A stretch of DNA of 64,000 nucleotides from the sequence record LR745206.1; one strand, given 5' to 3'. The notes under the pieces are model-generated. The model saw only the letters and a program-made list of their open reading frames with translations, was not told where the DNA came from and did no database searches. Both the position numbers and the translations under genes were made by a program. Below, piece after piece: positions 29,319 to 38,764 of the stretch (position 1 is the stretch's first letter; each line of letters opens with the position of its first letter).

Positions 29319-29519
29319 TTACCTAATACCCAATTTCTCTAACTTATTATCTCTAATATATTGTTTGGTGAACACAGGCTCCCATATTTTTGGGTATCTT
29401 ATGAACTCTCCCGTAGTACACGGTTCAAAATCACCAACCCTTCTTCGACATCCAGGATATTCTATCAATAACCTAAATCCCTTTATATCTTTAATACTAT
29501 AATTATACAACATACACAT
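29319..29519 (-). CDS. Hypothetical, C-terminal tag class
   Basis: Ends RDNKLEKLGIR; start uncertain. Confidence 0.6.
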   Translation of the reverse strand: MCMLYNYSIKDIKGFRLLIEYPGCRRRVGDFEPCTTGEFIRYPKIWEPVFTKQYIRDNKLEKLGIR

Positions 29520-29639
29520 TTATTAAGTACATTACTAATACCAAAACCTCTAGTGATAATCCAAGTATTAATAACCATTTATTCTCCCTAAGAAGTTTCT
29601 TTATTAATTTCTTATCTTCATTTTCATCTAATATTTCCA

Positions 29640-30056
29640 TTACTTGAATATCTTACTTAGTTTAACTGCCCTTTCGTATGATTTATCATCCAACCCAATA
29701 TAATATAATGAACCATCAAAATATATAATACTTTCACAATGTTCTTGCATCCTCCTATCAAGTGAACCAGTCATAAATTTTACAAATACACAACCAGCAT
29801 TATTACATCTTTTCTTCAATAATTCATCCTCACTAAATCTTCTTGTAACTTGATCCTTTATATCATCAATTACCCATTCACATTCTTCTTTACCCCTTCT
29901 GAATAAATTCTTACGGAATGATGTGAAATTATAAAACGACAATTCATCAACATTATAACAAGTAGGTAAATCAATAGAAATATCATCAATATGCTCTTCT
30001 TTTGATCTAAAACCAAAGAATTTACAAACTTTTAATATTAACTTATTCCATTTCAT
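29640..30056 (-). CDS. Hypothetical, C-terminal tag class
   Basis: Ends RAVKLSKIFK. Confidence 0.65.
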   Translation of the reverse strand: MKWNKLILKVCKFFGFRSKEEHIDDISIDLPTCYNVDELSFYNFTSFRKNLFRRGKEECEWVIDDIKDQVTRRFSEDELLKKRCNNAGCVFVKFMTGSLDRRMQEHCESIIYFDGSLYYIGLDDKSYERAVKLSKIFK

Positions 30057-30057
30057 A

Positions 30058-30267
30058 TTAATCTAAATAACCTTCATCATCACCAATATACTCCTTATTA
30101 TTATCTTTAGCTAATTCCTTAGCATATTCAATCGCTTCTTCCACCTCTTGAAATTCCTTTCTAGAAGCAACTGCGTAATCATTCAATTCATATCTCATGT
30201 GTTCTGATAATTCCACAATCGATATTTTATTTCTATCCCCTCTAGGGAAAATTATAAAGTAAGCCAT
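30058..30267 (-). CDS. Hypothetical protein
   Basis: ORF in operon. Confidence 0.7.
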   Translation of the reverse strand: MAYFIIFPRGDRNKISIVELSEHMRYELNDYAVASRKEFQEVEEAIEYAKELAKDNNKEYIGDDEGYLD

Positions 30268-30273
30268 TTTTAT

Positions 30274-30702
30274 TTATCTTTTTAAGTACATTTTTGCTTT
30301 TGATACACCAGAAAATCCTTTATCTGGAACAAGCCATGATTTTAGATTAATGATTTCATCCAAATATTTATCAATCTCTCTATTAAGAAATTTAACATTT
30401 ATAGAGTAAACTATACCCTTATACCTATTTACAATTCTTTTTATATAAGCATATCTTAAATTTGGATAGTCATATGTTAATTCAATCTTAGTCGAATACC
30501 CATTATCATCCATATAAAGTTTCAGTCTATCCAATACATCCTCAACATCTTTATACCTCATTGATTTGTATTCTAGATAATAATCTGGTCTGTTAAATAT
30601 TTTTATACTACCGTGCGCAGTATATTTGATAAGAGCATTGATATTCTGATCGGTTAGTTCCAAACAAATATCATTTAAATTATCTCTTATCTCTTGTTTC
30701 AT
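30274..30702 (-). CDS. DIFxELxD family protein without leader
   Basis: LNDICLELTDQNI. Confidence 0.65.
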   Translation of the reverse strand: MKQEIRDNLNDICLELTDQNINALIKYTAHGSIKIFNRPDYYLEYKSMRYKDVEDVLDRLKLYMDDNGYSTKIELTYDYPNLRYAYIKRIVNRYKGIVYSINVKFLNREIDKYLDEIINLKSWLVPDKGFSGVSKAKMYLKR

Positions 30703-31046
30703 TAGTTCTTCTTATTATTTCTTTTAATCTCTTCGATTATACCAGAGTTTTTAAGTTTCTCTAATTGCTCTTGAACCTTAGGTTGTCTCATGAAATCAGC
30801 AGTAGTTATATACAATGTCCCATCACCTCTAACCCTTGTTATTTGCATAGTTTCTTTATACTCAGCTATCTCCTTAATAGAACGCTTAGCATCATCCATA
30901 TGAAAGTAATACGACTCTTCACTCTCAGTAGATACTAACCAAAACCATAACACTTTCTTCTGTACAATATACCTAGTTAATCCACCATTATTACTAACAA
31001 CAGTCTTTATTCGATAAGTATCATTCTTTATTTTATATTCTTCCAT
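30702..31046 (-). CDS. Hypothetical protein
   Basis: Likely start MEEYKIK. Confidence 0.6.
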   Translation of the reverse strand: MEEYKIKNDTYRIKTVVSNNGGLTRYIVQKKVLWFWLVSTESEESYYFHMDDAKRSIKEIAEYKETMQITRVRGDGTLYITTADFMRQPKVQEQLEKLKNSGIIEEIKRNNKKN

Positions 31047-31050
31047 ATCT

Positions 31051-31575
31051 TTATTTAATTGGGTAATTATACCATATTCTTGCTGAAATAACATCACATA
31101 TATGAACAAATGCTGCTAACTCACCTTGTATCCTAGTATCTGGATTATAATCATTACCTTCACCGTGAACATACTCAAGCGCATTTAGATGTTCCTTGGT
31201 TAGAATAAATCCATATTCATCTATCTTAGACTTAACAAATTCTTTACTACCAAATCTTAACAACTCAAAGTCTGAATCACTTATTACACCACCACTATAT
31301 TTCCAAGGCTTTTCTAAATCATGTAGAAATAAAACCAACAAAGCATCTGATAATGAAAATGGTAAATCACGGAATGACATCATATCATATTGCTTAATAG
31401 CTATATTCATAACCTCAATAATATGATCCATATATCCACCTTCCCAAGCTTGATGTTTAGTATTAGATCCTTTAGATGTATCAAAGATATACTTATTATC
31501 AGTATATATTTTTAAACATAATGAACGGTTTGGTTCATCAATCATGTTTATTAAATATTGTAATTTATCTTCCAT
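31051..31575 (-). CDS. HD-domain phosphohydrolase
   Basis: KHQAW.GG..DH, LHDLEK, H...CD pattern. Confidence 0.85.
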   Translation of the reverse strand: MEDKLQYLINMIDEPNRSLCLKIYTDNKYIFDTSKGSNTKHQAWEGGYMDHIIEVMNIAIKQYDMMSFRDLPFSLSDALLVLFLHDLEKPWKYSGGVISDSDFELLRFGSKEFVKSKIDEYGFILTKEHLNALEYVHGEGNDYNPDTRIQGELAAFVHICDVISARIWYNYPIK

Positions 31576-31653
31576 TACTTTATAGTATTCAATATCTCCT
31601 TAGATACTTCTCTTAATACCAGAGTTTTTAAGTTTCTATAATCGCTCTTTAAC

Positions 31654-31881
31654 TCATGAAATCAGCAGTATAGAAATATTTTTGTTTCTCAACGATGATT
31701 TGTAATCTTTTAAATGTACCAAGAATGGTATTAAAATATCTTCATCATTTCTAATCATAATAACTAATATATCTTCAATACCATTTAAAAAATTTGATAT
31801 ATTTATGTAATTATCGATTTTATAGCTCAAATATCCATTATCAAGGATAATTTGATGTATTATTTCTTCATCAAATATCAT
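31654..31881 (-). CDS. Hypothetical, C-terminal tag class
   Basis: Ends RNKNISILLIS. Confidence 0.6.
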   Translation of the reverse strand: MIFDEEIIHQIILDNGYLSYKIDNYINISNFLNGIEDILVIMIRNDEDILIPFLVHLKDYKSSLRNKNISILLIS

Positions 31882-31904
31882 ATCTAAAGTATTCGAGTAT
31901 TTTC

Positions 31905-32324
31905 TTAGTATTCAAATCTATTATCATAGTCTAATAACTCAGTGAAATCTTCCTCTGATAAATCATCAAACTCACCAATGATACTATTAACAGTCTCGGA
32001 AGCATGCTCATCATTACCAACAGTTGATACATCACCATAATTATCTAAGACTTGTGTTAATATCTCACCAATCTCATTAATTGACTTACCAAGCAACTTT
32101 CGTTTAAGTGAATAAATATCCATCACTTCGTGTGGTCCTTTATCACCAAAACTATAACTACCGAATGATGTTAAAGCATCATCAATAGCAGACATTATCT
32201 CAATCGCTACTGGATCAATATCAATCGAATTCATATCATCCTCTCTTCTACTATCCAACTCACTTAGTAAGATATCAGTTGGTACATCCTTTAGAAATTC
32301 TCTCCAGTTTTTTATTTCTCCCAT
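31905..32324 (-). CDS. Hypothetical protein
   Basis: 139-aa acidic ORF. Confidence 0.7.
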   Translation of the reverse strand: MGEIKNWREFLKDVPTDILLSELDSRREDDMNSIDIDPVAIEIMSAIDDALTSFGSYSFGDKGPHEVMDIYSLKRKLLGKSINEIGEILTQVLDNYGDVSTVGNDEHASETVNSIIGEFDDLSEEDFTELLDYDNRFEY

Positions 32325-32490
32325 TTTTACTTCTTTTGTATTTATATTTCTTTTTATTATTCTATTTTCTTTTTATTATTTATATAGTTCTGATGTACGA
32401 AGAAAATTTTTTTGAGCCTGTCGAAGACGTTTAAAAATTTTTCCAGACGATTTTCCTGGATGCCCACCACAGTCCTAATTTACTATAAAT

Positions 32491-33966
32491 CTAGACAGGC
32501 GCATCACCGTTCCTAATCCTAGACAACTCCGCTAGATACTCCGTATAAGCACTACTAGCATATATCCTACCATTATGATTAGGTCTCTGCTCAGCAGTTA
32601 TCACCACCTCAACAGCCTCCACCTCCACCGGTTCATCACTACACACATTAACCTCATTCACCTCAAAAGTATTCGGATTATATGTAGGTGATTCAACTTG
32701 AACTTGCTCATCAACGTTCTCCACATCCTCTACCATATCATCAACCTCTATACAAACCTCACGATCATTTTCATCATACCTACCGTGATAACAATACGTA
32801 CCATCTGTATGACGATACTCACGACCACGATTAGCATACATATGCTCTCTATTAAAGTCATTAGTCAATATACCATCGACAAAATAACACATCGTATCTA
32901 TATAAGGATACCTATCATGATCCACAAACTCCAACTTGATACGAAGCTTCGGTAAGATATCACCAGCCTCATTAATTATATCCATATCAGGATACATACT
33001 CTGCTCCTTCTTATGATACCAACCATTCTTATCAGCATACTGGATGAACAACTGAACATCAGAATCCTGATTAGTATAGATTCTATCTAAAAACTTAACC
33101 ATCTTACCATCAACCATAACATCCCAAAGAATCGCACGTCCCTTAATCTTATCAGATAGATAAGAACCATCCTCAGATAATCTACCATTATCCGAATATA
33201 AAATAACTAAACTACATTGATTGACATTCTTTGAATATATGTCAAAAAACTCTGATGGCTTCTGACACATACAAGAATTAGATAAGATACCTCCACCAGA
33301 AACATAATTCTCCTGCTTATACCAAAAAGATATATCCTTACCCTTAACTATACTGAATTGCTTATCGACATCCTGTATGAAATCATAAGATGCCTTATAT
33401 AAATTTACAAACTCCTCAATCTCCTTATCAATAAACTCCACCCCACAATCCTGTAAGATAGAACTAACCATTCGACCAACCTTAATAGAGTTTCTACTTT
33501 TACTCCATAACATCATATCCTTATCAGATACTTCCTTTAAACACGCCTTATTAATAACACATGAACGAGTATTACTCCAACTATCCTGAATATAACAATA
33601 TATGTTCCCACTCTTCTCACTGATCGTCTCACTTATGATAGTAATCTTCTCACCATAACTAGGTCTCCATCCACTACCACTTATATACTTGTTATAACCT
33701 AATCGAGTAAAGATAGAATCATTCTTATCACTCTTAGTTAAAAACCTCTCACCATTAATAACATATTCATCCGGAATAGACTCCATTATTTTCTCCACCT
33801 TATCAGATGGTGTATAAGATGCTAAGTTCTTCGTATCACTTATATCAATATAATTAAACTTGATATCCTTACAATACCTCTGTAAGTTTAATAATTGTTT
33901 CGAGATTTTGTTATGAGATATACGCGATAATACGTTAGTAAACTGTTCAGATAATTTTAACACCAT
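32491..33966 (-). CDS. Hypothetical phage protein (SCM...GRAILW...FLDRIY) with acidic tail
   Basis: 491-aa ORF; host-type promoter at 34008-34038. Confidence 0.75.
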   Translation of the reverse strand: MVLKLSEQFTNVLSRISHNKISKQLLNLQRYCKDIKFNYIDISDTKNLASYTPSDKVEKIMESIPDEYVINGERFLTKSDKNDSIFTRLGYNKYISGSGWRPSYGEKITIISETISEKSGNIYCYIQDSWSNTRSCVINKACLKEVSDKDMMLWSKSRNSIKVGRMVSSILQDCGVEFIDKEIEEFVNLYKASYDFIQDVDKQFSIVKGKDISFWYKQENYVSGGGILSNSCMCQKPSEFFDIYSKNVNQCSLVILYSDNGRLSEDGSYLSDKIKGRAILWDVMVDGKMVKFLDRIYTNQDSDVQLFIQYADKNGWYHKKEQSMYPDMDIINEAGDILPKLRIKLEFVDHDRYPYIDTMCYFVDGILTNDFNREHMYANRGREYRHTDGTYCYHGRYDENDREVCIEVDDMVEDVENVDEQVQVESPTYNPNTFEVNEVNVCSDEPVEVEAVEVVITAEQRPNHNGRIYASSAYTEYLAELSRIRNGDAPV

Positions 33967-34007
33967 AAGAGTAAATTGTATATGTAAGATTTTTTATTTA
34001 ATAACTA

Positions 34008-34038
34008 CAAATATAACAAACATATACAAAACTTCAAA
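34008..34038 (-). promoter_or_regulatory. Bacteroidota sigma70-type promoter
   Basis: TTTG-N19-TATATTTG on minus strand. Confidence 0.6.
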
Positions 34039-34060
34039 ACATTTTACAATATAAATTTAT

Positions 34061-34264
34061 ATGAATAATAATATCATTATATCAATCTTAAATAAAAGAA
34101 AAGGATTCAATGTATATAACATAAATAAAATTACCTTTGGAATTGACTTACATCATGTATCATTCAATGATGGTAATAACTTTACATACATAGATGAATC
34201 AGAAATTATAAAAGAAACTATAAATATTAGAAACAACAAACTATCATCTATCGGAATACAATGA
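34061..34264 (+). CDS. Hypothetical, C-terminal tag class
   Basis: Ends RNNKLSSIGIQ. Confidence 0.65.
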   Translation: MNNNIIISILNKRKGFNVYNINKITFGIDLHHVSFNDGNNFTYIDESEIIKETINIRNNKLSSIGIQ

Positions 34265-34367
34265 CTAAAGAACAAATAATAAAAATGATTAACACATCAT
34301 CATTCAGTAATACATTCAAACATCACATAAGAAAACATAAGATTAGTGTTATATTTAATATAATCAA

Positions 34368-34610
34368 ATGATAATAGAAGCAGGTAAGACATACTATAAA
34401 GATAATAAAAATAACTCAGTCTATGTTAAAAGATTTACACAAGGCTTCGTGGTATATATGAACATATCAACAAGAGAAGATAGAATAGATGGGTGGTGTG
34501 CTGGTAAGATAACAAGCGAAGAAATGTTTATGAAAATATCAGAGTTTAATAAGACATACACAGACTTTGAAGGACTCAGAGATATTAAATTAAAACAATT
34601 AGGAATATGA
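34368..34610 (+). CDS. Hypothetical, C-terminal tag class
   Basis: Ends RDIKLKQLGI. Confidence 0.7.
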   Translation: MIIEAGKTYYKDNKNNSVYVKRFTQGFVVYMNISTREDRIDGWCAGKITSEEMFMKISEFNKTYTDFEGLRDIKLKQLGI

Positions 34611-34767
34611 GTGATAAGAATAAGATAGTATTAAAAGGTATCTTCCAAACATTCGAGACACAAAATAAGAATCCATCAAGACCATACAATTGGAAAGATG
34701 ATATGTATATGAAGAACATGATTAGGAAACAAATTAGAATGGGTAAGATTAAGATTATATTTAAGAT

Positions 34768-34914
34768 ATGAGTAATACAATAAAAGATATGCAAAGAATA
34801 TTAGGCATCACTCAAGATGGTATAATAGGGAAACAAACAATAGAAGCAATCAAAAGAAATAAATTGGGAAGACGCCATAGACGTATGTATATAATTAGTA
34901 AGATATATGGGTAA
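34768..34914 (+). CDS. 48-aa peptidoglycan-binding-like miniprotein
   Basis: Hand-translated MSNTIKDMQRILGITQDGIIGKQT (Q..LG...DGI.G..T). Confidence 0.55.
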   Translation: MSNTIKDMQRILGITQDGIIGKQTIEAIKRNKLGRRHRRMYIISKIYG

Positions 34915-35230
34915 TGATGAGAATATCTAAGAAAGAATTAGAGAAGCATATTGAGTATATGGAGAGGATAAAAAAATTCAATTCTAAACCGATTATGCGT
35001 AAATTAAAAATTAAAGGTATTTTGAAGAAAATTGGTGATTTAGAAAAATATAGTAAAACATACAGAAATATGCACGTTTTTTTGTATGTTTTTGTGTTGA
35101 TCCTATACGCTCCTCTCTGTACCTTTCAAAGACCCTATTTAGGTACTTACGTGTATATGCAGCCATCATCTGAAAGTAGTACACCAATTGGGTTACAGAC
35201 GACAGACTTTTTGACAGATAAATTTTAACT

Positions 35231-35536
35231 ATGAGACAGGATATTAACATAAGGAAACATTACATGAGCGTTGAGTTTATGACGAGCTTTTACCAGAGGT
35301 CGGCTACTATCATTTTGCCTTTCAAGCCTGATGATATCATATCGGTTAGACCACTATGGACAGATTATATTCCACATCTTATGTTTATGAGTTATGGTGA
35401 TGTGATTGTATTAAGATGGTTTGAGACTAGTGAGAATCCTCTGATAACGGTTGTAACGTTGCCTATCGAAGTAAATTATGTATCTAAGCAGTTGGATAGG
35501 GAAGATAAATTAAAGTTACTAGGTGTTAGTATATGA
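35231..35536 (+). CDS. Hypothetical, C-terminal tag class
   Basis: Ends REDKLKLLGVSI. Confidence 0.7.
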   Translation: MRQDINIRKHYMSVEFMTSFYQRSATIILPFKPDDIISVRPLWTDYIPHLMFMSYGDVIVLRWFETSENPLITVVTLPIEVNYVSKQLDREDKLKLLGVSI

Positions 35537-35814
35537 TGTCAAAGAGGGAAATAATAAAGATAATAGAATTGTTTGGTTATATCAAGACTTCTCATTGTGA
35601 TGAATGGGTTAGTGAGCCATATGATATGAAGTTTCGATATGGTTGTATATCTTTCTGTAAGGAAAAGAAGAGGAACTTCATCAAGTTTCATTATGGTGAG
35701 GCTTTACCTTTATCGGATTTTACTATTGATATATTGTTTAGTTATATGGTGGAAAAATCTCCTTATCTAAAGGATAAGGTAAGGGACTATAAGTTATCTA
35801 AGTTATTGGATTAG
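35533..35814 (+). CDS. Hypothetical, C-terminal tag class
   Basis: Ends RDYKLSKLLD. Confidence 0.7.
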   Translation: MMSKREIIKIIELFGYIKTSHCDEWVSEPYDMKFRYGCISFCKEKKRNFIKFHYGEALPLSDFTIDILFSYMVEKSPYLKDKVRDYKLSKLLD

Positions 35815-36008
35815 ATATATTGTCGTTCGCATTTCCAGTCTGTTTTCCAATGGTCTCCTACACCTTCTGAGTAGTCGTTCCATTTTATATACTTTTGTTT
35901 TTCATTATATGGTCTTAGCCATATCCATTTATCTAGACTACCATATTCACCAACCCATACCCAAGTTGGAAGTATAGCATATCTTTTAATTGTTCTTTCT
36001 TTCTTCAT
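35811..36008 (-). CDS. Hypothetical Trp-rich protein
   Basis: 65-aa ORF. Confidence 0.6.
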   Translation of the reverse strand: MKKERTIKRYAILPTWVWVGEYGSLDKWIWLRPYNEKQKYIKWNDYSEGVGDHWKTDWKCERQYI

Positions 36009-36035
36009 ACAAAAATTTGTGCGTAATTCTGTATT
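36009..36035. repeat. Dispersed ~27-bp element copy 1
   Basis: acaaaaatttgtgcgtaattctgtatt. Confidence 0.65.
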
Positions 36036-36286
36036 TAATTCTTACATTCATCTAGAAACATATTCAAGAAATCATCTACTGTGTTTATATCTTCTAGTTT
36101 CCATTCATCACCGATTAGGTCTGATATGAAGTCTGACCAGGCATCATCTACATCATTAGGTGTTAGTCCTGTTTTATCTACTAGATAATCTTTATGTTCT
36201 TTATAGATAGATTTTATGGTATCTATGTCGTTGAGGTATCCTGTGAAGTCTAGCTCAGGTGATAGTTTAAGTTTTATGTTGTTCAT
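36035..36286 (-). CDS. Hypothetical protein
   Basis: ORF in operon. Confidence 0.7.
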   Translation of the reverse strand: MNNIKLKLSPELDFTGYLNDIDTIKSIYKEHKDYLVDKTGLTPNDVDDAWSDFISDLIGDEWKLEDINTVDDFLNMFLDECKN

Positions 36287-36291
36287 ATAGA

Positions 36292-36522
36292 TTAGTTTTG
36301 TAATTTTCTCATATCATTCATCCATTTACGTACATTAGCTTCCATACTATCCGGTAAGCCTTTACATTCGAATCGGAAATGTGATTCCCAGAAGCTTCTA
36401 TCTTCGATTATCATTACTTTACAATCAAAGTTAAATTCGAGTCTAGTTTTTTCTTTTTCAAGCATTTGTCTAATACTTTTTCTATATAATAGACCTGCTG
36501 TTATTTCTTGGTGGAAGTTCAT
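36292..36522 (-). CDS. Hypothetical protein
   Basis: ORF in operon. Confidence 0.7.
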   Translation of the reverse strand: MNFHQEITAGLLYRKSIRQMLEKEKTRLEFNFDCKVMIIEDRSFWESHFRFECKGLPDSMEANVRKWMNDMRKLQN

Positions 36523-36525
36523 ATA

Positions 36526-36765
36526 TTAAAGGATTTTACCGCCTACAATATTAAGGTTTTCATCTACTTCTATTACGATATCGGCATATTCACCGTATTC
36601 AAATTTCTTGGATACTACTTCTGTGTAGAATTTATCAGATACATCATCTTCATCCATATCTGGATATTGGCTTTTGAACTTATCAAATTGTAGTTCATGG
36701 ATTAGTTCCATCCAACCATCTGAGTCTTTAATGGAATTAAGAGTTATCTTTGCTGTTTTCATCAT
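36526..36765 (-). CDS. Hypothetical protein
   Basis: First gene after host-type promoter. Confidence 0.7.
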   Translation of the reverse strand: MMKTAKITLNSIKDSDGWMELIHELQFDKFKSQYPDMDEDDVSDKFYTEVVSKKFEYGEYADIVIEVDENLNIVGGKIL

Positions 36766-36766
36766 A

Positions 36767-36798
36767 TAAAGATAAGGAAAATGTGTATAATATACAAA
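36767..36798 (-). promoter_or_regulatory. Bacteroidota sigma70-type promoter
   Basis: TTTG-N20-TATCTTTA. Confidence 0.7.
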
Positions 36799-36859
36799 AA
36801 AATGAGCGGATTATTGTATTATATCTAGTATATGTTAATAATATTTAATATATATAAGT

Positions 36860-37141
36860 ATGAAGTATATTAAACCATACAAATTATTTGAAAGTATAGA
36901 TAATCTATTGATAGCATTATGTGATTGTTATGAAGTTGGTGAAAGTGGTTGTAATGAATTGGAAAGATTATTGAAAACAACATCAGGTAAAATAAGTGAT
37001 AATGATGAATTAGTTGATAAAATATTTGATATTGTAATAACTAAAAATAAAACAGGTGGTCATAAAGGACCTCTTATGTCTGATCCACATAATAGAGTGG
37101 AAGAGATTAGAGATTTTATTAAAAAAAATGAGACATCTTAA
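36860..37141 (+). CDS. CTS-like leader protein
   Basis: MKYIKPYKLFES; TAATATATA at 36846-36854. Confidence 0.75.
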   Translation: MKYIKPYKLFESIDNLLIALCDCYEVGESGCNELERLLKTTSGKISDNDELVDKIFDIVITKNKTGGHKGPLMSDPHNRVEEIRDFIKKNETS

Positions 37142-37142
37142 C

Positions 37143-37538
37143 TTATCCTTCTTCAAGTATATTAGTTATTAGATCTTCTCTGAATAATGATTTAAGTTCT
37201 TGTGCTACATCATCTTCTGTTCTTAATAACCTTAATAACTTCTTATTGATTTTATTTACTAGTTCTTCATATAAACTATATTCGATTGTCTCATTTTTAA
37301 CTGGTATATTAAATACATCCCCATTATTTAAGCATTTATCACTTTTGTATGCTAGTCTAATAGAAGCATCTGGATCAGCATCTTCTCTCATAACAGAATT
37401 TAGTATAATAACAACATTGTTTATAATTACTTCTACTCCCCAAGAATGTACGTGTTTATCACCAGATATTATGTTAAATTTAACATTATCTAATTCAATA
37501 GCTTTACGTGTAGCATCTATAAGTTCTTGTTTAGTCAT
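37143..37538 (-). CDS. Hypothetical, C-terminal tag class
   Basis: Ends REDLITNILEEG. Confidence 0.7.
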   Translation of the reverse strand: MTKQELIDATRKAIELDNVKFNIISGDKHVHSWGVEVIINNVVIILNSVMREDADPDASIRLAYKSDKCLNNGDVFNIPVKNETIEYSLYEELVNKINKKLLRLLRTEDDVAQELKSLFREDLITNILEEG

Positions 37539-37787
37539 TTACCTTTAAATATGTTATTAATTTTATTCTTTCTAATGAGGTTAACAGTTTTTTTCAAAAT
37601 TATATAGTCTTCAAATCTCTTAATTACTTTCATTTCTATCCCACTTCTCAAATCCTTTCTCACATAATTCATCATAATCGGTGATACCCCCTGGCCATAG
37701 TAAGGACCTGGATTACCTCAGCCAAGAGCTGCACCAATATAAGTCTTCCATGAACTCATACATTTCATCAAATAGTTTATTATACAT
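37535..37787 (-). pseudogene. Interrupted tag-class ORF
   Basis: YIGAALG-TGA(37718-37720)-GNPGPYYGQG...RKNKINNIFKGK; ATG at 37787 is in another frame. Confidence 0.4.
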
Positions 37788-37792
37788 TTTTA

Positions 37793-37990
37793 TTATTTAC
37801 TTTTACTTAATCTTTCCTTATCGAATATATATGGTTTGAATAGGCTTTTCTTTAGAATCATTTTCACACCGTCTCTTATAATAGTAAATGAACCATCGGT
37901 GTTATAATAACAGTGTTTGCTTACTATAAATATACAACCTGGTCTAATTTCATCCACCTTCATTGTTATTTCTATTGATTCCATATTCAC
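37793..37990 (-). CDS. Hypothetical protein
   Basis: ORF in operon. Confidence 0.6.
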   Translation of the reverse strand: MNMESIEITMKVDEIRPGCIFIVSKHCYYNTDGSFTIIRDGVKMILKKSLFKPYIFDKERLSKSK

Positions 37991-37999
37991 TTTTCTGTG

Positions 38000-38359
38000 T
38001 TATATTAGTCCTTCACTTATTAAGTAGTCAAGGACAGCTTTCTTTTTATCTATAAGTTTTTGTTGTGTATTGATAGCCTCTTCTACTCTTTCTTTATTAT
38101 CAGAAAAATCTTTCATACTTATTAGTATATCCATTGGGAACATGAATATCAATTTCTCAATTAGTTCATCTTCTTTATATTCTCCGGTAATTCGGTTTAT
38201 TTTGAAGGATGGATGTGATATTGGGCTTGACCAGAAGTAGTATTGTGGTTCTGTGTCGTTATATGGTGAGTCTTTATATTGAGCAGGGTTATAATGGTCG
38301 AATTTTACATCCACTATTTCGCATATCTTATCTGCTTGTATATTAGTTAATTCAATCAT
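38000..38359 (-). CDS. Hypothetical protein
   Basis: Preceded by TATATTTG at 38367-38374. Confidence 0.7.
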   Translation of the reverse strand: MIELTNIQADKICEIVDVKFDHYNPAQYKDSPYNDTEPQYYFWSSPISHPSFKINRITGEYKEDELIEKLIFMFPMDILISMKDFSDNKERVEEAINTQQKLIDKKKAVLDYLISEGLI

Positions 38360-38386
38360 ATTCTTACAAATATACGGAATATAGTT

Positions 38387-38638
38387 TTATTTTCCTATAT
38401 AATCATTAAGTAATCTATCTTTATCTATTACTATATCAGTCTTAACATTAAGATATGATAGTACACTAATTTGTATAGCTTTATTTAATTTCTTATCAAT
38501 ACTTTCTTCGGTATCTAATTCATCAATAACAATATAACCATGAGCATTAATACTATCTATGTGGTACATAATACTTCTATCAAGATATTCTATTGTATAT
38601 TTAACTGGGAATTTTACATCTACTTCTTTTTCTTTCAT
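38387..38638 (-). CDS. Hypothetical protein
   Basis: ORF downstream of promoter at 38719-38750. Confidence 0.65.
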   Translation of the reverse strand: MKEKEVDVKFPVKYTIEYLDRSIMYHIDSINAHGYIVIDELDTEESIDKKLNKAIQISVLSYLNVKTDIVIDKDRLLNDYIGK

Positions 38639-38718
38639 ATTATATATATTATATAAGCAGGTTGGAGTCTAATCTCCTATCATCTTGTGAATGCCAGCCC
38701 TTGTGTTCTTTCTTACTA

Positions 38719-38750
38719 TAAAGATAAGGAATTAATATGAATCTACCAAA
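38719..38750 (-). promoter_or_regulatory. Bacteroidota sigma70-type promoter
   Basis: TTTG-N20-TATCTTTA. Confidence 0.7.
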
Positions 38751-38764
38751 TAAATATATACTTT

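Noticed and set aside
34914-35228. 104-aa CDS as given in the track
   Set aside because: Only the first ~45 codons (to RKLKIKGILKK) look coding; the rest runs into atypical non-coding-like sequence, so it is not listed as a feature.
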